From the IMG/VR virus record IMGVR_UViG_3300020457_000004, positions 73,117 to 137,116 of that record: 64,000 nt of DNA; one strand, 5' to 3'. This DNA is from a virus. The notes under the pieces were generated by a model. The model made no database searches and had not been told where the DNA came from. It saw only the letters and a list, made by a program, of their open reading frames with translations. Positions 39,908 through 49,848 of the stretch are shown here, one piece after another. The translations under genes were made by a program, and so were the position numbers. Position 1 is the first letter of the stretch. Every line of letters begins with the position of its first letter.

Positions 39908-41027
39908 TCAATATCCTATAAAATTCTGAAAATATTTCACTATAACATTCATTTCTCAATCCATCTAATCTTTCTGTAACAGGTAAAAACCCAAGGTCTA
40001 ATTTATCAAAATTGGGTTCTTGATTCATAAACGATATGATATCGTCCATGTTTGGAATATTTATAAGTTTATCTTCAACCTGTTTTTTACATACATCTGG
40101 CATATTTCTAACACAATACTGTCTAGGGAAATGTAAAAGATTCAGATATATGTTTTCTCTTCCAAACATGTCTATAAATTCATCTAGATAATATATGTTA
40201 TAAAGACTTACAGTATGACATACTTGGACATACATCCAATCAAGTGATTTGAAATGACTATAGTTATCCCACACTTCATCCCATTTTGCTGGGTGTCTAA
40301 TATATTCAAATTTCTTGAATATTCCATCAATACTAAACATTACTTCACAAGACTTGAACTCTTTCCATAAGTCAAATATTTTTTGTGGTGGACGAATAGT
40401 ACCATTCGTGTTATAATGCAAGGATATGTGTTCCGCGTGTCCTGCCTCAACCGTTTTACGCAATAACTCAAAGTGTTCTTCTATCATAAATGGTTCACCA
40501 CCTGTGAAGTCCATTTGTTCTACCGTATGCATAATCTCAAAAAGTTCATCCCATACACTTGGGTTCTTAACAATCCACAATGGGTCTTTTTTGTTTAGGA
40601 TTCTACCGTATAATTTTTTCTCATCCGTTTGCCACTTTGAACTGTTTATGCTACCACAAGTTCTACATTTTAAATTACACAATGTACCAAATTTTAGGTC
40701 AAGATATTTGGGGGTATCAGTAGCAATAAAACTTCCCCTTTCTTTTATGTCTTCGAGTTCTTTGGCAAATCTTTGGTTATCTTGTAATCTCTTTGATTGA
40801 TATCCTGCTGCTTCTCCTTCCCAACACATGGCACATCCAGCTGGTTGTTTGCCTTCAAGAAACTCTCTTCGTAAATTTTTATATGGTTCTCCATTCCAGA
40901 CATCAAGAAAGTTTTCTTGTTTTAGATTTCCCATAGGATTACCTTTATATAAACAACATGGGTTAGCAGTTCCATCTGTAGTGAACTCTGTATGAACCCA
41001 AGGTAATACACAAATCTTATCAGTCAT
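39846..41027 (-). CDS. Radical SAM protein with N-terminal twitch/SPASM-like domain (family A)
   Basis: CVLPW..G..NPCC...CAMCW, then CNLKCRTC, TGGEP and YNTNG. Confidence 0.9.
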   Translation of the reverse strand: MTDKICVLPWVHTEFTTDGTANPCCLYKGNPMGNLKQENFLDVWNGEPYKNLRREFLEGKQPAGCAMCWEGEAAGYQSKRLQDNQRFAKELEDIKERGSFIATDTPKYLDLKFGTLCNLKCRTCGSINSSKWQTDEKKLYGRILNKKDPLWIVKNPSVWDELFEIMHTVEQMDFTGGEPFMIEEHFELLRKTVEAGHAEHISLHYNTNGTIRPPQKIFDLWKEFKSCEVMFSIDGIFKKFEYIRHPAKWDEVWDNYSHFKSLDWMYVQVCHTVSLYNIYYLDEFIDMFGRENIYLNLLHFPRQYCVRNMPDVCKKQVEDKLINIPNMDDIISFMNQEPNFDKLDLGFLPVTERLDGLRNECYSEIFSEFYRILIDGGIGREPWNPKQYFGQIS

Positions 41028-42144
41028 GCAAATACCTTAAAAATCTTTCTTTATAATCATCATCAAATCTACTATAATCGTAATAATAATGTTTACCTTC
41101 AACTGTAATTCTGTCTATATCATCATACTTACCAGAAATGTTATTTTCTACAAACTCCAAATCAGCATCAACAACCCTACCCAGTTTAGCAAATCCATAT
41201 CTACCTTTTTTATCTTCTGGGTCTAGTCCCTGTTCAACTAACCACTCATCAAATCCTTTTACCCAACTTTCATGTTGGTCTGTAGCAAACTTAATTAACA
41301 TGTCTCCAGATAAAAATTTAATTGGTTCTACATGTTCATCTTCCAATTCTTCATCATCTTCCGCGTATGCTTCTATATGTGTCTTTCCAATCTGAGGATA
41401 CCCAAGTAAGACATCACCAAATTTAGCATATTTTGTAAACAGGTCATTGAAACAATCTGGTAGTTCTGGTAACTTTTTTGGAGCTCTTTGCCATGACACA
41501 TTAATATGCATGTTAAAGTCTGCCTGTTCATCATTCTGCAATGTAGTATGAAGTTCGTGAACTTCTAAATTTAAACGACATATACTTGCTTGGACATCTG
41601 GGGAAGCAACATATAAGTGTGCGCTAGTTTTTTCTGCTGGGCCAGACAACATAGGAAAATAGTTATGGACAACATTCATTTTCTTATTATCATTACCATC
41701 CTTAAAGTCTTCCATACTTAACCTTTCTGTTATATCTGGATTATTTTTAATAGGTTGGTCAAGAACATTTCTTTGGTCTGCCTTAACATATTCTGGCCAC
41801 CTTGTCCATTGTTCAGCAACAAAATCAAACTTGGATATATGGTCTAATGTATTATTAACCTTTTCTATCATGTCTTCTGTAGTAAGAGTACTTTCTCCCA
41901 TAAAGACATGTTCTTTTCTTAGGAAAGCTTTGGTTTCTAGTTCGTGTTTAAATCTCTGATACCAAATGTCTACCGCGTGATTATCATCTAACGATACATT
42001 CAGTTCCATAGGTTCAATACTACTATCTCTACTATTGCGTAGTCTTAGGGTTATTATAGCGTCCTTACATTCATTAACACCAGCATAATCCTCCGCAAAG
42101 AAATAATCATCATCTCTAGGTCTATCTTTTTCTTTAAACGGCAT
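41020..42144 (-). CDS. Hypothetical protein within the radical SAM operon
   Basis: 374-aa ORF coupled on both sides; LN.EVHE and YPQIGKT segments; no family recognised. Confidence 0.7.
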   Translation of the reverse strand: MPFKEKDRPRDDDYFFAEDYAGVNECKDAIITLRLRNSRDSSIEPMELNVSLDDNHAVDIWYQRFKHELETKAFLRKEHVFMGESTLTTEDMIEKVNNTLDHISKFDFVAEQWTRWPEYVKADQRNVLDQPIKNNPDITERLSMEDFKDGNDNKKMNVVHNYFPMLSGPAEKTSAHLYVASPDVQASICRLNLEVHELHTTLQNDEQADFNMHINVSWQRAPKKLPELPDCFNDLFTKYAKFGDVLLGYPQIGKTHIEAYAEDDEELEDEHVEPIKFLSGDMLIKFATDQHESWVKGFDEWLVEQGLDPEDKKGRYGFAKLGRVVDADLEFVENNISGKYDDIDRITVEGKHYYYDYSRFDDDYKERFLRYLHD

Positions 42145-43351
42145 TATATAAATCCTCTAGTTCGGGGAATGTCTTTTGAAAGTCCTCACCTCTTAACTCA
42201 TCCAACTGTTTCATCTTATATTGAAACACTCTAAGGTGTTCTCTATCTAATTCTTGCATCAAATGATTTCTCAGAGTATCGAATCCTTGTTTTACAGGCC
42301 AAGCACTTTTTTCTGACAAGAAGTCAATGTGTTTTTGGTAGAGTTTTTCTAATTCTACTTTGTGGTGTTGCGGTAAAATTCTCATATCAAGATGTTTCGG
42401 TTCTGTAACTATGTTAACATTAAACGCATTGTAACTATCAATATATCCGCCATCTACAAGCGCGTGGTGGAATGGTATTACATGATATGCATTTTGAATA
42501 CTAATAGTAGAACTAACATAAAAGTTTACATGAGAACATGTTTCTTTCATTCGGTTTCTATTTTCTTTGAACTGTTCCCAGTTAAATCCACTACGAATAA
42601 ATTCACCCTGTTCTTCCATCCCATCTATACTAGCACCAACCTCTATATTCTTAAACTTTGGCCAGAACTCCAACACATGCAAATCCTTATATCGCATCTC
42701 ACTAAAGTTTGTGTTGTATCTAATAAGCACATCGTGTTTACCCATCGCGTCTAGTTTCTTTAATATGCGATAGTGTTCTTCCATTATAAGAGGTTCGCCA
42801 CCAGCAAAATATATTTCTTCTACAGATTCAAAGTGTGGTTCTATCTGTTCCCATAAGTCAAAAGTATTTTTCTTAGGCACATCGTCTGGTAGGAATGACC
42901 TACCTGTTTCCAAAACAGCAATCTTCTTTGTATCTGGATACCACCCAGTACTCAACTGAGGGCCACAACTACGACATTTGAAATTACATATATTAGAGAA
43001 TCTAAAATCCCAGTAGGGTAGTTTCATTTCTTCTATCGTACCATCATCCTCTGTGGTTTCAATTAAGTTTTCATAATGTTTCCATGACTTATTTGCCCTG
43101 TGTCTCATGGAGTGACCACCAGAATCTTCTTGGTGATAACACCTAGAACATGCATCATGTCTTTCATCATTCAACATCTTCACGCGGATATCTTTTATCA
43201 AGTCACTATTGTATATTTCTTCTAAACTGCTATCGTTTAAATTACCAGCAATGTATTCCATTGGAGTGATACAACAAGGATATACATTACCATTAGGCCA
43301 TGTGTGCAAATGCACCCAAGGTAACATACATAGATTTTTCTTATCACTCAT
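42134..43351 (-). CDS. Radical SAM protein with N-terminal twitch/SPASM-like domain (family A)
   Basis: CMLPWVH...GNVYPCC...CSRC, CNFKCRSC, AGGEP and YNTN motifs. Confidence 0.9.
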   Translation of the reverse strand: MSDKKNLCMLPWVHLHTWPNGNVYPCCITPMEYIAGNLNDSSLEEIYNSDLIKDIRVKMLNDERHDACSRCYHQEDSGGHSMRHRANKSWKHYENLIETTEDDGTIEEMKLPYWDFRFSNICNFKCRSCGPQLSTGWYPDTKKIAVLETGRSFLPDDVPKKNTFDLWEQIEPHFESVEEIYFAGGEPLIMEEHYRILKKLDAMGKHDVLIRYNTNFSEMRYKDLHVLEFWPKFKNIEVGASIDGMEEQGEFIRSGFNWEQFKENRNRMKETCSHVNFYVSSTISIQNAYHVIPFHHALVDGGYIDSYNAFNVNIVTEPKHLDMRILPQHHKVELEKLYQKHIDFLSEKSAWPVKQGFDTLRNHLMQELDREHLRVFQYKMKQLDELRGEDFQKTFPELEDLYNAV

Positions 43352-44570
43352 AATCTTTAATTAACTCATAAAATTCTGGGAAGGTTTTCTTAAAAGATGT
43401 TTTCTTTGTAACATCCATAGCACCAGTTTTTTGAAAGAATGACTTCATTACTTCCAAGTCAGTATATGATATGCCTTCTATATTAAAGTAATTCTTAACA
43501 ACATCATATCCCCCACACCCAGACAACTTATCTAAAATCTTTTGTTGTACTCGTTGCGGTAAAATTAAAGGGTCATATTGAGAGGGGTCTTTTACAAAAT
43601 TATGACTTATATGTTCTCCCTCAAAATATTCATAAAATTCTGGTATATAAAAAATGTTATATGTCGATACAGTTTGAAGTATATTATAATCTAGGTTGTC
43701 ATTCTTACCTGTAATATCCTTCATCCAATCAACAAACTCCAATACCTTAGACCACGCGGTATAAGTTCTGATATACTCATTTCGTTCACCAACACAATCA
43801 ATGGATAACATAAACTGTACTTTTTTAAATTCCTTCCATATGTCTTCATATGTGTGGTTAATAATTGTACAGTTAGTAGAATAGACTATCTCTACATTTT
43901 TTGATATACCCCTATCAACTAAAGTCTGTAAAAAGTTAAAATGTTTGTCTATAAGAAAAGGTTCACCACCATTAATATACAACAACCTTAATTCGTTACA
44001 TTTGTCAATAAGTTTTTCCCAGAAATTTTCTTCCAAAGGCCAATTGAAACTACTCTTCCTAGTAAACTCTGGTAACGCTCTTCTTTCTGGATATATGCTA
44101 TCCCAATCCTTTAACCACCTAGAAGACGAATAAGGATTGCAAGTACGACATTGAACATTACAATGATTACCAAGGCGTAATTCCACAAATTCATAATTGA
44201 CCTCTTTTAATGTTCCATCATCATTTGTAAGTTCTTTCGCTTGTTTCAAAGTCATAGGAAGTCGGCGACTTTCATAGTATCGTTTACTTTTATTTCCTAC
44301 ACTTTCTGCTTCCCAACACTTGCTACACTCAATTGGTTTTTCTCCATTGAGCATTTGTAATCTAACTTTACTGAAACTATCAGAATTAGTAATCTCAGAA
44401 AAATCATCAACTTTTTGCAATGTCAAAAATTCTCTAAAAACTTTATTTCTAGTATCATTGAAAGCTTGCGATTGACCTTGTTCTTGGTTTGATTCACAAC
44501 ATAGAGTACATATCCCATGTGGATGAGTTGCTAAATGATTCCAAGGTAAAGGGCAAAATGTTTCGCTCAT
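43344..44570 (-). CDS. Radical SAM protein with N-terminal twitch/SPASM-like domain (family A)
   Basis: CPLPWNH...TLCC...CSKC, CNVQCRTC, NGGEP and YSTN motifs. Confidence 0.9.
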   Translation of the reverse strand: MSETFCPLPWNHLATHPHGICTLCCESNQEQGQSQAFNDTRNKVFREFLTLQKVDDFSEITNSDSFSKVRLQMLNGEKPIECSKCWEAESVGNKSKRYYESRRLPMTLKQAKELTNDDGTLKEVNYEFVELRLGNHCNVQCRTCNPYSSSRWLKDWDSIYPERRALPEFTRKSSFNWPLEENFWEKLIDKCNELRLLYINGGEPFLIDKHFNFLQTLVDRGISKNVEIVYSTNCTIINHTYEDIWKEFKKVQFMLSIDCVGERNEYIRTYTAWSKVLEFVDWMKDITGKNDNLDYNILQTVSTYNIFYIPEFYEYFEGEHISHNFVKDPSQYDPLILPQRVQQKILDKLSGCGGYDVVKNYFNIEGISYTDLEVMKSFFQKTGAMDVTKKTSFKKTFPEFYELIKDYE

Positions 44571-45874
44571 ATTCTATCCCACCAATCCACGGCGTTACCA
44601 TGAAGTGTATCAACAAACTTCAGTTTAGAGTTTCTTAAATTATCAAGATATTCTTGAAACTGTTTTCCGCGTTTCAATCCATCTTTATATGTGTCAGGCC
44701 ATTGTTCATCAAATGATTCTCTATTTATTAAGTTAACTAGTGAATCCTTATAAACTTTTGTTTTCCATGTTAGTCGTTCCTCTATGTGTTGCATTAATGA
44801 ATCAACTTGAGGTAAAAGTACATCTTTGGGAAGACAAAACGGTGACATAACAACACTAGGGTCAAATGCATATGTAAATTTAAAGTATGATTTTATATCA
44901 AGAGAACTAGCAACATCAATTAGTTTGTCGAGATGAAATAAGCCTGGCGTTGTTAAAGTTACATCAAACACCAATGCATCATCTCCAAATTGGTCTATCA
45001 AAAACATACCAGACTTGAAGTTTTCTATCCACTCACTCCAAACTAATCCATCTCTAATATATTCACCTACTTCATAAGCACCATCAATACTAGCACATAT
45101 GTTTACACTTTTGAAATGTGGTAACATGTCCCATAAGTTATAGTTTTTATATTTTACTCTACTTAGATTTGTATTATAACGAATAGTAACATTTTTCGCG
45201 TGTCCATTATCTACTAGTTCTTGCATAACAGTCCAATGTCTTTCAAACATCAATGGTTCACCACCAACCCAATATATTTCTTCTATAGTTTTGTTATCTA
45301 CTGCTCGTTGCAATTCTTCTTCTAATACATCATCTTGAAATTTAGATATCTTTTTTCTGGTGGTGGGTTCCATCCAAGGGTCTTGTTTTACATCAATAAG
45401 ATTGTGTTTCTTTTTTTCTGCTTCCCAACTAGAAGATAATTGTTCCCCACACATACGACATTTAAAGTTACATAGATTTGAAATACGATAATCATACGAG
45501 ACTGGCATCTTATCGTAATGCCCATCTTCTCGCGTAGTTGCTATAATGTCTTTCACTTTGTGGGGGAACAATGTTTCAGTAAAATATTGACGATATGTGT
45601 GTAGGTTTAAAACTTGGTCATTGCATACTTGACATTGTTTTAATTTTTCTCCTGCTAACATCCTTTTACGGATATCTTTCATATAGTCACCATTCCAATG
45701 TTCTTCTAAAGATTGTGGAGCAAACTTACCATTTGCAGTACCACTATCTAAATATTGTTTTTGGAACGAGGCCTCTTCTCTGCTAGCACAGCATAGTCTT
45801 CTTTCTCCTTGTGGTGATACATAAGTATGAGTCCACGGTGCGGTACATAGGTAGGGTCTATCTTTTAGCGACAT
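44567..45874 (-). CDS. Radical SAM protein with N-terminal twitch/SPASM-like domain (family A)
   Basis: CTAPWTH...RLCC...CQVC, CNFKCRMC, VGGEP and YNTN motifs. Confidence 0.9.
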   Translation of the reverse strand: MSLKDRPYLCTAPWTHTYVSPQGERRLCCASREEASFQKQYLDSGTANGKFAPQSLEEHWNGDYMKDIRKRMLAGEKLKQCQVCNDQVLNLHTYRQYFTETLFPHKVKDIIATTREDGHYDKMPVSYDYRISNLCNFKCRMCGEQLSSSWEAEKKKHNLIDVKQDPWMEPTTRKKISKFQDDVLEEELQRAVDNKTIEEIYWVGGEPLMFERHWTVMQELVDNGHAKNVTIRYNTNLSRVKYKNYNLWDMLPHFKSVNICASIDGAYEVGEYIRDGLVWSEWIENFKSGMFLIDQFGDDALVFDVTLTTPGLFHLDKLIDVASSLDIKSYFKFTYAFDPSVVMSPFCLPKDVLLPQVDSLMQHIEERLTWKTKVYKDSLVNLINRESFDEQWPDTYKDGLKRGKQFQEYLDNLRNSKLKFVDTLHGNAVDWWDRI

Positions 45875-46736
45875 TTCTCCACCAAGAAATTGTTCTATCT
45901 AATCCTTCTGATAGAGTCACCTTGGGCGACCAACCCAGAGTATCTTCTAATAACTGTCCACTACTGTTTAACCAATATATCTCGCCTGGCCTTTCTGGTT
46001 TCGTGTTCCAATGCACTTCTCCATCCCATCCTATTTTTTGAGCAATGATATCAACATAGTCTTTTATTTGAATTGGATTATCTGGGCCTAGGGTAAATAT
46101 TTTCTCCTTACATTTTTCTGGATTGTTAATAATGGCAGTCCATGCCTCTAACATATCATCAATGTATATGAAATTACGATATGGTTCAGCATATCCCAAA
46201 TGTATTTCATCTGGATTGTTCAACATCTGAGTTATAATCTGTTCAGTAACAAAGAAGTCATTGTCCTTTCTACCATAACAGTTAGTCTGTCTAATAATGG
46301 TATAAGGAAGACTATAAGACCTACCAGCATATTCCAAATATTTTTCGACCCCATACTTGGCAACGGCATACGGTGCATTTGGATATGGGGTAGTAAGATG
46401 GTCACATACCGTATGTTTTGGTTGCGGGCCATATACTTCCATTGTACTCGCAAAAACAAAGTTCTTGAAATTAGGAATCTCTCTTGAGACTTCAATAAGA
46501 TTTACACTACCAACATAGTTAATTTCGCTGAATGTTATCTGTTCATAAAAACTTTGTTCAACTTCTGTCCTTGCTCCAAGGTGTACAATCATCTCTGGTT
46601 GAAAATCTTTAACCTCAGTTCTAACCAATTCATGATGTCTTAAATCACTTTCTAGGTGATATATTTCGTGGTCGTTTAAATATGGTTTTAAATGCGACCC
46701 AATAAAACCAGAGGAACCTGTCATTAATATCTTCAT
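45858..46736 (-). CDS. NAD-dependent nucleotide-sugar dehydratase/epimerase (dTDP-glucose 4,6-dehydratase-like)
   Basis: TGSSGFIG, STMEVYG, YAVAK, RNFIYIDD and RPGE motifs. Confidence 0.9.
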   Translation of the reverse strand: MKILMTGSSGFIGSHLKPYLNDHEIYHLESDLRHHELVRTEVKDFQPEMIVHLGARTEVEQSFYEQITFSEINYVGSVNLIEVSREIPNFKNFVFASTMEVYGPQPKHTVCDHLTTPYPNAPYAVAKYGVEKYLEYAGRSYSLPYTIIRQTNCYGRKDNDFFVTEQIITQMLNNPDEIHLGYAEPYRNFIYIDDMLEAWTAIINNPEKCKEKIFTLGPDNPIQIKDYVDIIAQKIGWDGEVHWNTKPERPGEIYWLNSSGQLLEDTLGWSPKVTLSEGLDRTISWWRNVAKR

Positions 46737-48241
46737 TTATCGTAGTCCCCCAAAGCTTCGTCTATGTTTTTGTTGTCTGGTTTTAATACCCATCCTTCCT
46801 CCTCTGCAATCTTTTTTAAATCGGGGTCATCTGCGTACTGTTCTGTACTGTCCCCACTTGGCATAATTGTAATTGGTTTAGTTTCTGTATCTGGAATAGT
46901 GTCCACCCAATCTGTAAGAATCTCTGGAAATACAGATAGACTTTTATCTCTTCTTTCATCGTATTGATTGTAGAAAGTTTTAAAGTCTCTCCACAATGTC
47001 ATCTTATCACTAGTCCTTCTATGTGGCGCGTCAACAATTACAAGGTAGTCTATTAACCTTTCAACACTCGCCTTTTCAAAATCATGCCAGTATGGTCTGT
47101 CTTTGTTTTCTTCATACCAGTTAGATAGATTCTCTCTAAGGTAATCTTTGATATGGTCTGGTAGTGATAGTGGACTTTGGAAACTAGGGAATCTCAATAG
47201 GTTAACACTAAACACAGGTGTTTTACTTTTTGTCAATTCTTTCAGTTTGAATACATCATCTAAGAAGTCTGTTATACTAAACAAACACAAACTATTAATA
47301 GTCATCATTATATTGATGCCTTCATAATTACCTTCTTTAATAAATCTTGTTATATTACTAGTCCAAAGTTCATAGTCAAGTCCGTCCCTTATATACTCAG
47401 CTTGTTTTCCTGTTGCTTCACAACTGGTGTAAAGATGAAACTTCTTAACACCTTGTGACTTCTCTATCAATCTATCAACAATACTTTTCTTCGCAATAAG
47501 ATTAGAGTTTACTGCAAATCGCATATCAGATGGATTATTTTCAAACCAATCAAACAACTTCCATACTTGGTCAGACATTAACGGTTCTCCACCTGTAACT
47601 CTTAATTCCTCAAGACTTTTTGATAGTCCATCTTCCCACCAATCCCAAAAAGCAGTTACATATGGATTTTCTTCTCTTTTCCCATATGGGTCTGCCCACG
47701 CACCGTCATGTTGAAAAGCGGCTGCACCATCTGATACCATGTTTTGATAAGGGCCATGTTTCTTTATATCCTTCGCCCATGTAGTAGAGAAACTAGAGTT
47801 ACAATAAGAACAAGCAAGGTTACATGTTCGGTCAAATGCAATTTCAAATGTTTTTAGTAATGTGTTATCGTTAAAGTCTGCCTCGTGCGCCTTCTTTAAA
47901 TCTTCATTGGTGTATATGATTGATTTAAAAACTCTGTCACTAACTGCATCATTACCCATGTCCTCAACTTTCCAACAATACTCACACTCACGCGGTCTTT
48001 CTCCGCGTTGCATCATCTTACGCATTGCTTTCTTATGTTGCGTGTTGTGAATAGCAGATGGGTCAGCTGCAATCTCATGTAACGGAATCTTATGTGCTGG
48101 AGGGTGATGACAACTAGCAGTAGTACCACTACCTAACCATGTGGTGGCGTTGTACCACTTCGCACCACAAAAACTCTTTGACTTAGTATCAAGGATGTCT
48201 TTACGATACTTTATCAAATCATATTCTTTATTCAATTTCAA
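46733..48241 (-). CDS. Radical SAM protein (family B, FCxAKW...SCHHP N-terminus)
   Basis: FCGAKW, SCHHPP, CEYCW, CNLACSYC and TGGEP motifs. Confidence 0.9.
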   Translation of the reverse strand: MKLNKEYDLIKYRKDILDTKSKSFCGAKWYNATTWLGSGTTASCHHPPAHKIPLHEIAADPSAIHNTQHKKAMRKMMQRGERPRECEYCWKVEDMGNDAVSDRVFKSIIYTNEDLKKAHEADFNDNTLLKTFEIAFDRTCNLACSYCNSSFSTTWAKDIKKHGPYQNMVSDGAAAFQHDGAWADPYGKREENPYVTAFWDWWEDGLSKSLEELRVTGGEPLMSDQVWKLFDWFENNPSDMRFAVNSNLIAKKSIVDRLIEKSQGVKKFHLYTSCEATGKQAEYIRDGLDYELWTSNITRFIKEGNYEGINIMMTINSLCLFSITDFLDDVFKLKELTKSKTPVFSVNLLRFPSFQSPLSLPDHIKDYLRENLSNWYEENKDRPYWHDFEKASVERLIDYLVIVDAPHRRTSDKMTLWRDFKTFYNQYDERRDKSLSVFPEILTDWVDTIPDTETKPITIMPSGDSTEQYADDPDLKKIAEEEGWVLKPDNKNIDEALGDYDK

Positions 48242-48455
48242 TCTCCGCTTCTGTCATTATAACAACTCTTGCCCCACAGGGTAACAATGGTTTATCATTA
48301 CCACCATATATCACTTCACTCGGGCCATGTATCTTTACACTATGTCCATAAGTATTTTTTCTTCCTTCTTTTACTGTAAGAACAGGTTCGTTTGTTCCAT
48401 GTTTTTTATTAGCACGAATTTTGTGCATGTTTACATGAATGTATTTTTTAGGCAT
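48228..48455 (-). CDS. Small hypothetical protein
   Basis: HVN.HKIRANKKHGTNEPV.TVK.G.KN.Y.H...L.CGARV; likely start MPKK overlaps the upstream stop. Confidence 0.7.
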   Translation of the reverse strand: MPKKYIHVNMHKIRANKKHGTNEPVLTVKEGRKNTYGHSVKIHGPSEVIYGGNDKPLLPCGARVVIMTEAEIEIE

Positions 48456-49848
48456 CCCACCACTCCAATAAATGTTCATATTCTGGAAAAGTTTTGCTAA
48501 AGTTTTTCTGTCTTCTGATATCGTAGGCTTTTATATAATTTACAAAGTCTGCTCTATATTTTTCAGCACCTTCGTGTTCTTGTCTTAGGTATTCACAAAA
48601 CCTTTGTATCTGGTCATACTCTTCCAAATAAATTCTTGCAAACTTGTCTGGTGAATTATATTTCAACCAAACCTTCGCGGTCAATTCGTAATCAGATGCA
48701 TACGATATTCTCGTATTCCTGTCTAACAAGGTGCATTGTAGGTGGGGTGGGAATCTCAAATAGTTTATACTTAGCGGTATTCTATTGTTTGCTAAATCTT
48801 TATTATATTTGATTCTTAACTGCATGATGTCTTCGATAAACTGGTCAAAGGTAGTCATACTTAATATGTTCAATGTAGTCATAATCGCAACATTGGCATC
48901 TGTTTCTGATAATACCTTTTCTACATTGCGCCGCCAGTAATCATAATCCATTCCATCTCTAATGTATTCTGCTTGTTCTCCTATTGCTTCTGCGCTTGTA
49001 TATATCTCAATTTGTTTTACTTTATCTTTTAATTTATTTACTGCGTCAACAAGTCGCTTTATTAATTCTGGTGGTGTACCTAGATTACTATTAATTGCAA
49101 TAGACAATTCTGGGTTTGCATTTTCATATATGTAGTCCAAAGTTTTCCATACATCCTTACTCATGGTAGGTTCGCCACCTGTCATTCGGAATACTTTCAA
49201 ATGAGGAAGGGCTTCTGGAAACCATTTCCAAAATGCATCGACATATGGATTTGGGTCAGAGTGTTTATATGGGAACTTTTCTACTTGTCTTAAATAGTCC
49301 AAGTTACCAGAACCAAACTGTACAGGATAGTCACCATTCTTTTCTATGTCCTTCATCCACTTAGAACTAATCTCTGGTGAACAATACGCACACGCGAAAT
49401 TACATGCATTTGAAAACGATACTTCTAGGTATGTTGGATAGACATCTTTAGTGGGGTTATCAGTTGCAATAACATTAACCTTGTCCCATGACCACCAATC
49501 AGCAGTCTTATAATGGCGGTCAGAGAAATGGTCTTTACCTTGGTCTTCTATTTTCCAACAGTAATCACACTCCTTTGGCCTTACGCCATTTAACATCTTA
49601 ACTCTTTGTTCTTTTTTGTACTTACTATTATGAAGAGCTGCTGGATTCTCTAATACTTCTTGTACTGGTATTTTGTGAGGCGAGGGATGGTGACAAGAGT
49701 GATTGTACCCATTCTGTAAATAAAGAGTAGTCTGTAACCATTTAGCAGAACAAAAAGAGGGACTAATTTGATTAATCTTTTCTCTTTTATGCTTTAGTTG
49801 TTCAATCCAAAACTCATTGGGTTTATTTTCAGCCATCACATAACTCAT
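48448..49848 (-). CDS. Radical SAM protein (family B)
   Basis: FCSAKW, SCHHP, CDYCW, CNFACAYC and TGGEP motifs. Confidence 0.9.
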   Translation of the reverse strand: MSYVMAENKPNEFWIEQLKHKREKINQISPSFCSAKWLQTTLYLQNGYNHSCHHPSPHKIPVQEVLENPAALHNSKYKKEQRVKMLNGVRPKECDYCWKIEDQGKDHFSDRHYKTADWWSWDKVNVIATDNPTKDVYPTYLEVSFSNACNFACAYCSPEISSKWMKDIEKNGDYPVQFGSGNLDYLRQVEKFPYKHSDPNPYVDAFWKWFPEALPHLKVFRMTGGEPTMSKDVWKTLDYIYENANPELSIAINSNLGTPPELIKRLVDAVNKLKDKVKQIEIYTSAEAIGEQAEYIRDGMDYDYWRRNVEKVLSETDANVAIMTTLNILSMTTFDQFIEDIMQLRIKYNKDLANNRIPLSINYLRFPPHLQCTLLDRNTRISYASDYELTAKVWLKYNSPDKFARIYLEEYDQIQRFCEYLRQEHEGAEKYRADFVNYIKAYDIRRQKNFSKTFPEYEHLLEWWDA